Shown here: positions 12,552 through 26,830 of the stretch, piece after piece
How positions within the stretch are numbered: position 1 is the first letter of the stretch
How the letters are laid out: every line of letters begins with the position of its first letter
NCBI RefSeq assembly: GCF_009914755.1
Contig: NC_060928.1
Reading direction: 5' to 3' (one strand)
Length of the DNA stretch: 64,000 nucleotides
DNA from: the human T2T-CHM13v2.0 reference genome, Homo sapiens
Made by a program: the position numbers and the translations under genes
Notes under the pieces: model-generated
Database searches by the model: none
What the model was told of the DNA's origin: nothing
What the model saw: the letters and a program-made list of their open reading frames with translations, nothing else

Positions 12552-14562
12552 TACACTTCTTTTTAAAAGTATTTTTTCTAGTCTCACCTTCTAAATATTC
12601 TAAAAGTATTAAAGATAATTTTGATAAATTGAGACCGAATTAAATACATATATAAATTTCGAGAAAAATAAGATCTCGAAAAATACGAACTTTGCCTTCC
12701 AGACACAGAATACTTGTCTTCTTTGATTCAATTTTGTTTCCATTCATTTCAACAAAGTTTTGCAGTTACCTTGGTTGTATTTTATTTTCACCTTGATTTT
12801 TTTTCTTACACTTAGGAGTTGTTTTGTGTCTGTGTGTGTGTGCATGTACACTTGCATGTGTGCACACCTGCATGTTGTTCTTACCTTTTTTATTCTAGCT
12901 TTTTCTATTCTCCTGACTTACTTTACATAATCGCCAAATAATATCTATACTTCTTTTCATATAGTTTGCCACTGTCTATTGCCATTCTGTTTATTTAAAG
13001 TCATTCATTTTTCCTCTAATCAAGTAGTTGCTTTTTTATAGTATAATGATCAAATGGCAATCTTACTTCCCTCTTTCTTCTCAGATTTCCAGAACCTACT
13101 TTACTTTTCTGCATGCTTTAACTATATCTTATAAGTCTTCAAAAGGGAACATTTAGAAGACGGTGACTTGAGCATTTGTTTCTGATCATTTCTCTCTTCC
13201 AATTTACTATTTTTACATCCCAGCCACTAAAATAATTAAAATTTTCTATTGAGATGTGTACAGACATCCTATTCCATCTGAATCTTTGGAGAGAAAGTGT
13301 AGGTATCAGGGCATCTTTTGTTGCAATTGAGAGACAATCAATAAACTAAAGTCTTGAAAAGAAGTGTGTCTATCTACCAGGCTTGTGCAAGTAAGCAGAT
13401 TTCTGAGTTGCCTAGAGGAGAGATCATCTCCTTGGAGAAGGAATCTTTTGGAAAAAGGAAGGGGGTTTGCTTCTGCTCGTTTACTATGTGTTCTCTATGA
13501 GAAGGAAGCTGTTTATTCTGATTCAGACAGAATAAGAGGAAGCAGTTGTATTAGTTGAAGCCCACCTCTCCTGGCTTGCTTCTGGGAGCAGAGACACCTC
13601 CTGGGGTGAGGTCCCAGATTTTCAATTCCATTGTCAATGGGTGACTAAAGAAGACATCATATTTCTATCTGCCGAGGGCTATGTGCTCATACTCGACATT
13701 ACAATATAATTCAAATGGTCGATGGAATCTCAAAATGACACAGAGAAATAAAACTAATTGTCAATTTGGAAGAATCCTGTGACTTGAAAGGGAAGAAAGA
13801 GTTTAATAACTTGAACCGTTGTCTAATATAAATATATGAATGAGGGCAAGAATGTAAGAAAATGTAAATAGGAAATACAAGTAAGGAGTTTTAAAGAGAT
13901 TTAACACAACAAAAAAGATTTTGGAGCTGAAAAAAAGTCATGATTCTCAGATTTTAAAAATATTTAAATGTGAATTGGTTAAAAATGTCAGGAGTCAGGT
14001 TATATTTAGATTGCAATATAAAGTGTGATTTTTACTCATGCTATGTTTATTTGAAGTTTTAGTCAAAAGTCAAACCACTAGTAAGTGGTAGAAGTGAATA
14101 AAAAACACATCTGTCATTGTCATAAGTCCATTTTCTTCTCAATTATATTATCTCTCCGAGGTTTAAAATCAAAGTGAGAGCCAGTTGCCAGTTTTAAGGT
14201 GAGAGGGAAGGGAAATATGAAGGGCACAGGGCTCCCAGGAAGCCCAGAAGGAGAGGCCTCAAAAGAAGACTGTAGGGAATTTGAATCCAGCTTCACTTAA
14301 CTAAAATTTGGCTCAGGTAGGAATAAGTTACTTTTCCTAAAATGAGAAAGCTCAGTCACAAATAAAATGTTCTTTTTCTTTTTTTCTTCTAAGGATATCT
14401 AAGTAATTCACCAGGAGAGAAAAAATGTGTTACTTTTTGCCAAATTAATACCATCTTAACCTGAATTACCAAAACATGGAAAAGCCTCAGAGAAAGAGGA
14501 CATAGTTAAAAATTGAAGACAAAAGCAATTCTATAAGGGCAAAATACAATCAAATATTTCTG

Positions 14563-14664
14563 TATGTACATACATATATACATGTTTACACATACATATA
14601 CATATCTGCATATATATGCACACAAATATATATACATATGCACATACATACATGTATATGTGTA
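14563..14664. repeat. Degenerate (TA/CA)n simple repeat
   Basis: 'tgtatgtacatacatatatacatg...' alternating purine-pyrimidine tract. Confidence 0.8.
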
Positions 14665-16239
14665 TTCATTTATTGATAATGCATACGCATGAATGAAATG
14701 TTAGAAATAATTGTATACTTTAATTGCTCTACTCTCCTGTTTCTCTATTTTTACATATAACCAAAAAAATTTTAACATGTTCAGTTGATGATTTATCGTA
14801 GTCAATGATCCCCTTTATGATCTGAATCTGCATGAAAAATAAAACATTTTATTTCTCTAGGAAGGCAAAATATTTTGAAAAAAAAACAAAAGTTACATAT
14901 TTTGGTATCAGAAAACATCTTATTGTCTTTTAAAGAAAGACACATAGAACAATTTAATTATAGAGTTGAGGTAGTTTTCTATGTATATCAGGCCCTCCAA
15001 ACACACCCACTACCATTTCAGGCTGGCATTCAAAACATCACTTAGTCACTACCCAGCATTCCATTTTGTTTGACTACATAGAAATAACATTTTTCTGCGT
15101 GGATGAATGGCTAATACGTACAATGGAACTGACTTATTTTGCAAAGCATTTCAAGGTCTTCCAGTTAATTTGACACAAACTTATTCCATTATGTAAATAA
15201 AAATTACACCATATTACATGGGCTCTAAGGAAAATGACAAATGCAGATTGCTATGCATAGATACATAGAGCCATCATTAGGAATATGTTTGGTACTAATG
15301 TGGGAAAAAAACAACAATCTTTCTAATTAGCCATGAAGAAAATACACATACATATTAATAACTGGTAACAGTGATTACCTGAAACCAAGAAATCAGTTAT
15401 TGTACAAATTCATACAACTAGAAAAAAATACTTATTTTTCTTCTTTAAAAGACTATTTGTAATACTAATAGAACTTTTCAGGTCTTTTTTTCTCTCTCTG
15501 TATTCTCTCTCTCTCTCTCCCTTCATCCTTTTCACCTCCTTTCAATCTGACTAGATAATATTTTAAAAATACATTTGTTTAAAAAAATTCACCCAGTCTC
15601 CTTCTCTGGCAAGGGAGAAGGTTGTTTAATGAGAAGAACAGATGCTTCACTGTCTAGTCCTCCAGTAGTTCATGTTGTATTGAGCTCAGCAGCCCTAGTC
15701 ATATATTGCACTTTCGTTCTGTCATTCAAATGTTGCAAAATCCCCTCAAGCTCCTTTATTTGTCTAGTGAAAGAAAAGAACTGTTTTGGTCATATCATTT
15801 CAAAATGTCTTGTTGTCACAAGACAACAATCTTGATAATCTTGAAAATCTTGATAAAAGACTTTTGAAATGTCCCAGAAAGGCCAAATATGTGCTTGTAT
15901 TATTTATTTCATTTTTTATTATGCTAGAATTTAATTTTTCTCTTAATTAACCTTTGGGCTTTTTTTTCTGTTACCTACCCATTGTATACTAACTTAATTT
16001 TTGTAATAAATAAGCTCCATGATTTTAAGTTCTATTGCTTTAGGAGATGTCTTGATTTATTTTAGACCACTAAACACCTGAATTTACAAACTTGCTGCTT
16101 CCAAATGCATCCACCCTGAACGTTCTCAAAACTCACCATCTCTTAAGGACTTAGCATACGCCAACATTGCACTGTAAATGCTTTGGAATCTGTTATTTAC
16201 CACCCATTCCCTGCTTTTGAGCTTGGTATTTTTATCCAC

Positions 16240-16547
16240 TTTTTTTTTTTTTTTTTTTTGAGACAGAGTCTTGCTCTTGCTGTGTAGGCTGGAGTGCAAT
16301 GGCACGATCTTGGCTCACTGCAACTTCTGCCCCCCCAGGTTCAAACGATTCTCCTGCCGCAGCCTCCTGAGTAGCTGGGACTACAGGTGCACACCACCAT
16401 GCCCAGCTAATTTTTGTATTTTTTTTTTTAGTAGAGACAGGGTTTTGCTATGTTGGCCAGGCTTGTCTTGAATTCCTGACCTCATGATCCGCCCGCCTTG
16501 GCCTCCCAAAGTGCTGGGATTACAGGCGTAAGCCACTACTCCTGGCC
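16240..16547 (-). mobile_element. AluS (Sg/Sc-like) inserted in a MIR remnant
   Basis: Poly-T then antisense dimer; 'gacctcatgatcc' 2-bp deletion; short TSD tccac(a)tttt; MIR-like core follows to ~16650. Confidence 0.93.
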
Positions 16548-19393
16548 TCCACATTTTGTAAGTAAGAATACTGAGAGAGAAATTTAATAATGTGTTTAAT
16601 GTCACACGGCCTAGAAGTAGACCAAATACGAATCAAATGTCTATCTGTCCAGTAAATCATTACAAAATACCAACTCACCAATTTTATTGCTATGAAATAA
16701 GCTCAACTGTGCTAATATTTATATTTTTATAAGACTGCTGTTTCTTACTGCCTTACCTTTCCCCAACCTCATGTCCCCAAAACACACACATGTATTTTCT
16801 CCCTTCGTAGAAAGTCATATCTCTTAAAAGTAAGGAAATATAATGAAAGAAGGTTGGTCGTGAATTAAAGGCTATCGATAAATTTTCAAAGCAATAAATA
16901 ACTATTGTGGCTACATCCAAAATCAGCATTCCAAAACACATTTCAACAAAGCATGTCACATTTTAAAAAATGCAATTCTAAGATACAACCACATTTTTCA
17001 TATGACTGGAATCACTTGGCCTTTTGCCCTGTGCTCCATGAAATCAGTGATGTTGTACAGAGAGGGGAAAAATAGATGGCTGTTCTAGACCTCTGAATCT
17101 CCTGCCAAGTCCCCCTATCAGAGAGACTATGAGTAACCCTTCCCTGCCTGGCATCATAATTCATCACTCTACCTCCTTTCTGCTTCCTTTGCTACCTGGG
17201 AGAAAAGCAATGTAAAATTTAATAAGTTGAATAAAAGTTATTTTTCCCACCATCTGTATGGATTCTGGAAGCGTGCCTTGCAAAGTACTTTTCATTACTA
17301 GGAGCTATGTAATACCAAAATCCTGCCTACCAGCTGTTGGCACCAGAGTAAGTCTAAGAAGTTCTTGAGCGGCCAAAATTTCATCTCATTTCCCTCTGCT
17401 GTGAAGTCCTTTTATGCATCTTAGTGCCTTCCACCCTTGGAAAGCTCTGCAGGGGAAGGACAACGTAGCTGAATATCTGTGAAGGCTAGGGTAAACACAA
17501 GCACTTTGCTTCACTTTCTTCAATTAGCTTGCCCAAATTCAGAAGGAAAGAGTAGTTTCTCAATATAATCTTTCACATTCATGTTTCAATATAGTAAGTC
17601 TCATCAGCCTCATAAAATTAAAGGCTACCATAATTAGCCAAAGCATGGCTGATTTATGTTTTTTCTCATTTAAAGATGTTTATATTTTAAATGTCTATAG
17701 AATATTACAGATTTTTCCCTAAAACTCAGTTATTTCTAGTTTTTTCTATAACTACTTTTTTTAAAGAACTTTTTTTGGCTTTTATTTTTTGGTTTTGTTT
17801 TCTAAATGTATATGACTCTAAACAAAGTGTTTTGCAAAACCCTCTTTTGCAATGAAAGAAAACACTCTTTCTGCTTTTTTATTAAAGACAATTGTTTATT
17901 AACCCAAAATGACTACTTAAAGCAGGTCCCATCTCCTCAAATTAGTCTGTTCTTTTGAGTGCTACAGACAATCCATAAAGCCCTTTAGTGTCTCTCCTGG
18001 GTGGTAAAAATGCAGTTGTGTTACCTGTACTTATACGTTGGGCTTTCTAAACTTTATATCATTTTTATTGTTCTTATTTGGACTCTCCCCAATTTAACAA
18101 GACATTTTTTTAAATGTGTGCTTGAAAAATGCACACGATAATGTTCTTCTGAAAAAAATAAACTCCCTTATCCTTTATGTAATACCTCTGCTATACATTC
18201 ACATATGAGCCGCAATTTGCCTTGTGCCTGAAGCATTACATTGCAAATTTATGTTAAATGAGTGGCCCACTATCCAAATCCTTCTCCTGCAGGATTATTT
18301 CATTTTCTTCATTGACTAGTTTATATAATGGTTCTGTCTCTCCAAATAAAGTTACTCCTTTTTGAAACACATATTCCTGATCCAAGCCTATCCCAGGATC
18401 TTTGGTGATATCACCTGCTAAATATAAACCCTTGATTCAAATATTGGCCATATTAAATTTTGTAGACATTGTAGTCAGATCATCCAAGAACATCTATGCT
18501 AATTGCATTGCCCTCAATTGATTTTATTTTTTGTTTTTCTGTTTGTTTTTCTCCCTCATTTGTTTAAAGACAGTGACAATCAAGTCAGCATTATGATTAT
18601 TTGGCCTTTGGTGCCCATACTGCTGCATCAATTTTGCAATGAACCATTAAAGTTAATGTCTGAATAGTGTACGCTTGAAGTCAGACTCTTCAGAACTTTG
18701 AGACAAATTAGTTTTCAAAAGTGTATTCTAGGTCATAGACAATTTTGATTGTACACAAACCTTTCTTGTGTCACACTTCTGAGACGTGGGAGGCAGGAGG
18801 AGGTTAGTGGAGCTTTGAATATATATTTAAATTCCAAGAGCAGTGTTCTGACCTAGAATGGGTACAATGTTCAAAAATCATTAAGATAGGATTTTTGAAG
18901 GTCTAAACTCAAATGGGAAATTGTGGCAGGTGGATATGGGATTGCCCCCTCCTTGTCATTCAGTTTGGGCACAGTTGATATCACCTCTTTCCAACTTTGG
19001 GATCTGGTTAGAAATCAGATGGGTTTATTCTCCCTCCTTGCCACAGTAATCAATTTAGCAATCCTGGACAAAATAACAAAAGTTTGTGCCTTTTCTTCAC
19101 CTCCAGGTGGTCCCATCAGCATCTATATTTGGTCTACTGATTGTGGCCATGTGAAAAAAACAATAATCACTATTTTTCAATATAAATATCTCATATGAAA
19201 ATAACATGAAAAATATTTTAGTAAGTTTTACAAATTTTTTTCTAGCAAATCTTCATGCTGTTATGTTAAAAGTAGTCATGAGCATTCCTAGTTCATCAAA
19301 AAACATCATTTGAGTTTTATTAGTCAGCAGGTTTGACCATTAAATGTAATTTAAAATATCTTAGAGTTGGTGTTATTTTTAGTCCCACTATAT

Positions 19394-19731
19394 CAGCAGT
19401 CCCCAACCTTTTTGGCACAAGGGACTGGTTTCTAGGAAGATAATTTTGATAGGGTTGGGGGTTGGGGGGATAGTTTCAAGATAAAACTGCTTCACCTCAG
19501 ATTATTAGGCATTAGATTCTCATAAGGAGCATGCAACCTAGATCCCTCACATGCGCAGTTCACAATAGGGTTTGTGCTCCTATGAGACTCTAATGCCACC
19601 ACTGATCTGAAAGGAGGCGGAGCTCAGGCCATAATGCTCTCTTGCCCACTACTCACCTTCTACTGTGCTGCGCATTTCCTAACAGGCCACAGGCTGATAC
19701 AGGTCCTCAGCCCAGGGGTTGGGGACCCCTG
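19394..19731 (-). mobile_element. MER1B (hAT-Charlie non-autonomous DNA transposon)
   Basis: TIRs 'cagcagtccccaacc' and 'ggttggggacccctg'; 338 bp; 8-bp TSD cactatat/cactgtat. Confidence 0.93.
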
Positions 19732-19859
19732 CACTGTATTACTCCAACCTGAAAAATATTTGAAATTCCCAATTCAAATGTAACATCATAGGTAGGAAAT
19801 ATATTTTGGTTGTAGTCTTTGTAACCTTTGACCTCCGATACTGAACTTTGAAAAAAAAA

Positions 19860-20715
19860 GACTAATTTTTTTTTTAGAGTAGTTTTAGGTTCACAGCAAA
19901 ATTAAGAGGAGGGTACAGAGATTTCCCACATGCCCTTCTTTCTCCGCATAATACCTAACTGTGTTAGTCCATTCTCACGCTGCTATGAAGAAATACCAGA
20001 CATTGGCTAATTTATAAAGAAAAACGGTTTAATTGATTCACGGTTCCGCAAGGCTGGGGAGGTTTCAGGAAACTTACAATCACGGCAGAAGGCACCTTTC
20101 ACAGGGGCGCAGAAGAGAGGATTAGTGTCCAGTGAAGGGAGAAGCCCCTTATACAAGCATCAGATCTGGTGAGAACTCACTCACTATCGTGAGAACAGCA
20201 TGGGGGAACCTCCCCCATAATTCAAATTATCTCCACCTGGTCCCACCCTTGACATGTGAGGATTATCACAATTCAAGGTGAGATTTGGGTGGGGACACAG
20301 AGCCAAACAACACCAATAACCTCCCTCATTACCAACATCCCCCACAAGATACATTTGTTACAGTTGATGAGCACACATTGACACATCATTATCACCCAAA
20401 GTCCATTGTTTACATCAGGGTTCACTCTTGATGTTGTGCATTCTATGGGTTTGGATAAATAAAAACTGACATATATCCACTATTATAGTATCATACAGAG
20501 TAGTTTCACTGCTCTGAAAATCTTCAGTGGTGTGCCTATTCATATCGCTCCCTACTCCCAACTCCTGGAAGCCACTGATCTCTTTACTATCTCCATAGTT
20601 TTGCTTTTTCCAGAATGTCATATTTTCCAAATCACATAGTATGTAACTTTTTCAGATTGCCTTCTTTCTCTTAGCAATATGCATTTATATTTCCGCCATG
20701 TCTTTTCATGACTTT
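19860..20715 (-). mobile_element. L1MC1/2-like 3' end, interrupted by THE1
   Basis: 'agagtagttttaggttcacagcaaaatt...' resumes after THE1 with 'acatttgttacagttgatg...cacccaaagtccattgtttacatcaggg'. Confidence 0.85.
19960..20315 (-). mobile_element. THE1 (C/D-like) MaLR solo LTR
   Basis: 'tgtgttagtccattctcacgctgctatgaagaaatacc...gatttgggtggggacacagagccaaacaacacca'; 5-bp TSD ctaac/ataac. Confidence 0.92.
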
Positions 20716-21789
20716 CTTTGCTTTAGTAAGATAAATATCAAAGCAGCTAAGTTTCTATTTCTTTGCTTGTGAGGCTATACTGTAGCTTATATCTTTACTG
20801 AATCTTGTAATTATGTCTGACCTGGATTTTTTTTTTTTTTTTAATTTCCTGTTATGGAGTGGAAGACCTGCTGCTTGGCCTCAGGATTAGTGAAGAGCTA
20901 ATCTGAGTTTTAGTGATACATGAACTCATCTCAAGATTTCCGTGTAGAATGGCAGAGCCTGAGTCCTCTGGAATCATCTACAGATAGTGTCACCCTATTG
21001 CATCTGAACACTACACTTATCATTTTAACAGAACATGACATTTGGGCCTCTATCATTGCCTAATGACCCTACTAAACCTTGCTAGTTTGTTTTTTCCAAA
21101 ATGTTTTTGCTCTCTTCTAATCCACTTGCATGCTCTTATGTGAACCACTTCTTTCTCCCTAACCTTTACCTGTATTTTCAACTTATAACCTGACTCATGC
21201 TTCACAGAGAAAAGACAAGCAATTGAATGAAAACTTTTTGGACTTCTCCCTGGGCTGTCCATGAAAGTGTGGATACACCTATCTGCCTGCCTTCCTTCTT
21301 ACCATAAAGGATGATGTGTCTTAGATTTTAACAGTGGTTAATCCCTCCACTTTCACCATGGTTCTTATTCCACCTTTTCTGCTTGAGGATTTTGCTGTTA
21401 TAATTAGTCTCTTCCTCTCCCACTTGATCAACTAGATCATACATTCTAGATCTTTTCATCTCTAATATTTCCTACTTTAAAAGGCACAATAAAACAAGAA
21501 ATCAATTTTTTGCTAGTATACACAATTACAGGGCTCCAGTCTTGTTTACTGGTCCATCTTTCTCTGTCAGTCTTCTAAATATTGAGGTGACCCAAAACTT
21601 TATTCTCAGCATCTCCCCTCTACTCGCCTCTTTCCTTCACTTTACTTCTTTCTGTTTCTTTCCTATCTCTGTACGCTCTACCTCAGTGATTTTCTCTTTC
21701 AGAGAGTCATTGCAAACGACTCTCGAATTTGCAATTACAGCTCAGATTTCCCAGCAGACCACCAGATGTGTATATAGCCACATTATGGA

Positions 21790-22125
21790 AAAAAGAAAGA
21801 CTTCAGGAATGCTCTGATTGAGGACTATTGGCATAAGAAAACTAAAGGCAGGCTAACTAGAAGTAGGGTATGCTATGTGACTGGATAGGAATGCATATTT
21901 GGGCTTTCTTTGCTTGGGCTTAGGAAAGTTATCTGTTCATAAGTCCTCTTATTTGGGATCAATTGTTACAGAAGTTTGTGCTTGGCTTCCAAGATGGTTA
22001 CTAGAGATAGCACTCTGACTTCTACAAGTCCGTTTTATAACTGGCTGGCTCCCGGGCTCTTTATTGTAGATAAGGGGTTTCCTGGGCAGGTTGCTGCAGA
22101 TTGTGGGTCAGATCCACATATTATA
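21790..22125 (-). mobile_element. Old ERV1-type LTR fragment (MER90/MER110-like)
   Basis: Reverse strand reads 'ctgacccacaatctgcagcaacctgcccaggaaaccccttatctacaataaa...tgctatctctagtaacca'. Confidence 0.6.
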
Positions 22126-22289
22126 CTTCCCCTACTCCCCACTTCACATGGTAAATTATAATCCTTCATAAGGCCTGAGAAGCCCGATGTGATCTTATTT
22201 CTGCCTAGCTGTTTGTATATTGTTTCTCACTAGTTTATTGATTTTTTTTTTCTTTTAACCAATATGTTTGACTCTTCACAGTAGATGGT

Positions 22290-23400
22290 TTGCTCAGGGA
22301 ATCTATATCAAATTTTTAGTGACTAAGGTTTGGTCCTTAGGGTTTTTTTCTACTTATCTTTTTAATACTCCTTTCTTTAAATTTTCTCCCAAGTGATTTC
22401 ATGCAGTTTCATATCTTCATATGCATTCTTTATGCTGATGACTCAAAATTACAGCTTCAAATAACGCCTCACCTTGAACTACACACGTAAAAGATAACAC
22501 ATTACTTGACATCTTTACTTGAATATCTAGAAGGCATCTCAAACTTCTAGGATTTCACAGAACTATTCAGATCTACCTCACAATGTACTGTACTGTCCAC
22601 TCCCAAACCATATACTTCCCAGTAAATGACACTTCTGTTGACTTTGTTGTTCAGGCTAAAACTTAGGGTCCTTGATTCTTCTTGCCTATATCCAGTAACT
22701 CCTATCAGATTTGTCTCCAAAATATATTTCATACTTTAGCAAATCTCCACATTTCTGTCACTAACATCTTAGCCCAAGCCTGCATAATTTCCTGACTACC
22801 AATAGCCTTCTAAAAGACCTGCCTTTCTTTGTTCTTTTTCCTATGCAGTCTATCTTTTATACAGCATAGAAGATTTCATTTTCTTCCTCAAACTATAAAA
22901 TATCAACTTTCTGAATTCCCATTTCACATGATAAATCATGATCCTTCATATGTGGCCTACAAGACCCAACGTGATCTTATACCTGCCTAATTCTCACTTA
23001 TCGATTCTCCTCTCTCCGTTTTGCTTTTCACGAAATACAATTCTTAACATTAGACTAATGATTTCTGCCTCAGTAACATGGAACCTGCTGTTTCTTTTGC
23101 TTGAAGTCATCTTTTTCCAGATTTTCACAAAGCTACTAACTTTTCTTCTTTAGGTTTATACTTAAATATCATCTTTTCATAGAGAACTTTCCCAGCTCTG
23201 AGACTCACAGACATTCTCTACCACATTCCTATATTAAATATTAATAATAAAAGCTCGTGCAAGCCCTTGAAACGATGTCTCCCCTATGTATAAGCTCCTT
23301 GAAGCCATTAAACCATTTTTCTGATTCACTGACATAGGTATAGTTCTAAGAACAGTACCAGGCATATGGCAGATACTGAATAAATGTTTGCTGATTGATT
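22290..23400 (+). mobile_element. L2 (L2a-like) 3' portion
   Basis: 'tatgctgatgactc' (RT YADD remnant), 'aggcatctcaaactt', tail 'aataaatgtttgctgattgatt'. Confidence 0.75.
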
Positions 23401-23909
23401 AAAAGAAACTATGGCTGGAGTTGTGCTATAAAAATCAAATGGTGAAAGAGAAGCAGTATTCAGGTTTTTTGGAATATGGAAGAGTAGGGTGCCTTCTGGA
23501 GATAACAGCTGGCTGCTATGATTTTGATTGCCCATAAAACATTCATGGGTCAACAGGGAAAAAGAGATTACTATAAACACCTCCTTCCCTCTAGAATTTT
23601 ACCTGGGGAAATAAACAAAGGTCAAGGAATTTTGATTGATTCTCCCATTGACTAGATGTTCTGAAGCAGTGGTAATTAATTAAGGAACTAAAACTTAAGT
23701 ACAGGATAATCCATTGCCTGAAGCTAGAGACAGCAGCAGGGCTGGAGATTGCTGAAAAGCACTACAGTTCTCAACTACAAAGTGTGTGTAAAGAGTACTG
23801 CAATTTGGCTGAGGGCTAAGCTCTTTGAGGGGACAATAACTACTGGGGACAGGGAGGGACTCTGTAAGTCAAAGCAATTGACTGCAAAATCAAGCCTTAT
23901 GTTAAGGAG

Positions 23910-24140
23910 GCAGCTTTGATGTAATTGTGAGAGCACTGATCTTGACATCCAGAGATCAGATTCAGTCTCAAGTTACTACTTCTTCAGTAAGTTAGATCCT
24001 TAACTTCCCCTTATCTCTACTCCCTCACCTGTAGAACTAGCAGAGTAACAACTGTTTCATAGTTTATTGTGACTAATCTCAATAACGTGGAAGTAAGAAC
24101 CACAGAACAATTATACAAATTTTAGGAATAAGCCCTAAAT
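23910..24140. mobile_element. MIR remnant
   Basis: Degenerate MIR core 'taagttagatccttaacttcccct...cctcacctgtagaa...ttcatagtttattgtga'. Confidence 0.5.
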
Positions 24141-25235
24141 ACTTTTATATTCCTCCTTCAGATAAGACATTTGTTGACAACTAATTGTAGATTACATTGA
24201 CATGAAGAAAAATTTAGCTTCCTTAACAATGTTCGTTGTTAATCCTATATTCTCCATCCCACCTTATCATTTAAAAATCAGGTATCATTGAGTATTGCAA
24301 TCAAAAATGTAAAACCTGCTTCAAAAGGTGATTCCATTATCTTGTAAATGCATAAAACCTTGTGGGGAGAAGGAATTAATGAAGCAAAACAAACAAAAAA
24401 ACAAGACATTTGGGTTATTTGAAGCAGTTCAGTGACATCTCGTGTCACAATGCCAAGAGTGCGGTTCTATCATCCACAATTGCCATCCACAATTGCCTTT
24501 GTCTGTGGGAACTTCTTTAAACTGTGCTCAGTCATATGCATGCTTTACAAACTTTTTTTTTTTAACATTGGTTACAGATGGTCATATAGCATATGACAAA
24601 ATATAGGCTCAGAAAAATCAAATAATGGATCCAGGCACTGTGCAATCATCTGGGGGTAGTGTCCTGAGAAAAACAGGCACTGTCCCTACCCTTCTTATAA
24701 AAGTGCACAACACAATATGGAAAACAGGGCTTTAATTAAGCAAACAACATTGTCAAATTGCAAAAACGAGAATATCACTTGGGGCAAATGCACCAAACGA
24801 GAAGCTATTTCTTAAAATCAGGTGTACTAAGGAGATGTTTTCTTGATTGGGAAGATTTGGGAGGAGTTTTACCTTGCATGCTAACTTTTAAAATATGCTA
24901 AAGATTCTAACTTTTAACCTGTGTAATGGTATTTTTGGAAAACTTGCTTTTCCATTTTTAGTATGTTTGAAACATTTTGTTTATAACAATAATGTTCATA
25001 TTATAGACAATCCTGCATGTTTTCTATCTTCTCTTTCACTATCAATTATTACAAGAATTTCAATTAGCTTTGGCATTTTAGGAATATTATGTATTGTTAT
25101 TTTCTAATCGCCATGTTATAATTCTATAATGTTTATGTTTAGAAAATCTTGTATTTATTGTTTCATTTATTTTTTCTATGACTTATGGGCAAAATTTCAA
25201 ATAATGTATGAGCTACCTATCCATCTAAATTCTAA

Positions 25236-25684
<449 letters not shown>

Positions 25685-26830
25685 TAGTTTCTAAAACAGT
25701 CAAAATAGTCATGGCATCTCCCTTCTGCTCTAATACCCTGCCAAAAATGAGAAAGAGAGAGAGGGACAAAGACAGAGAGAGAGAGAGAGAGCGATCACTG
25801 TGTTAGAAAAGTGGGCAATCATATAGAACAATACAGAAGTCACCAGACTGAGCAAGTTAATTATCCCTAAAATATTTTTATCCTAGTGAGTGATGAATCC
25901 TTTAAATATGTGTCCTTAAATTTGTGAGATAGTTTACATTGTAGTGTATTGCATACAGCTCTTTAATCTATTCACACAGATCATTTAGTTTGGCTTAATT
26001 AATTGTTTGGTCTCTTTTGCAGAGAGGCATGTTTGGTAGAGGGAAAAATTCCTTTGGATAAAAATGCACCTTTGTAAATGACATGCACCAGGTTGTGTGT
26101 TTTTCCTCTAATAGCACCACCATTTTGGGAATTGACCTAGATGCCCAAGAAAGTCCTCATTATTGAGAATTTATGTTTCTCTGGTGGCTTTCATTTGCTA
26201 AATTAGCCTCTGCTGCATATTAAACATAGATAGCTAATGCCACTTTATTGCTGCTGGTCCTATTCAGCATCTCTTTTCACAGAATGCAATCTACATAATT
26301 AGAAAATAGCATGACTTCTGAATCTGGCACATCAGGAGGGTAAAGATGTCGTACTCTTGCTTTCATTTCATATGCCAACCTTTGTAACACTGATGGGATA
26401 ATAACATTCTTTCAATTTTATAATGGTAATAGGTGTACTGAATTGTGTTGCTGGAAGTACGAATGAAACAAAGGGAAGATATGAATTTATTAATACAAGA
26501 AAACATAAGATTCAAGTTAGTTATCAAATAAAATTAAAAAAACATTTTGTATTGCAGAAAATCGCCACATCTGTACTGTCACTAAAAATAATTGCAAGAC
26601 ATGTGAGACAAATAGCATGCTTTTTATAAACCAGTCTACAAACTACTCAAATTCTTGCTATGTATTTCATATTCATATATTTTCCCATTATTCATTTGTG
26701 TCCCATTTAAGTAAAGCTCATAAAGATATTATAAGGTATATTCCTAAAATCTCTACATAATATCTCTGTTATTTGAGAAAATATCAAATTTTACTTATGA
26801 TATTTTTGAGGGATTACAACATAAGGCCAA

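Larger units (their letters stand above)
10480..13000 (-). mobile_element. Very old L1 (L1ME-like) fragments hosting the Alu cluster
   Basis: T-rich degenerate antisense L1 motifs ('gttgaccatttaagctg', 'ggatcagagtctatgaacatttt', 'gtgaactgcttatt'). Boundaries approximate. Confidence 0.45.

Noticed and set aside
17950-19350. Possible CR1/L3 remnant and the 91-aa ORF at 18923-19198
   Set aside because: Only faint resemblance by eye; I could not anchor convincing RT motifs or boundaries.
26010-26345. Possible small exons (polypyrimidine-AG acceptors near 26021 and 26282, GT donor near 26340)
   Set aside because: Donors are weak, no peptide is recognisable, and such signals arise by chance in AT-rich DNA.
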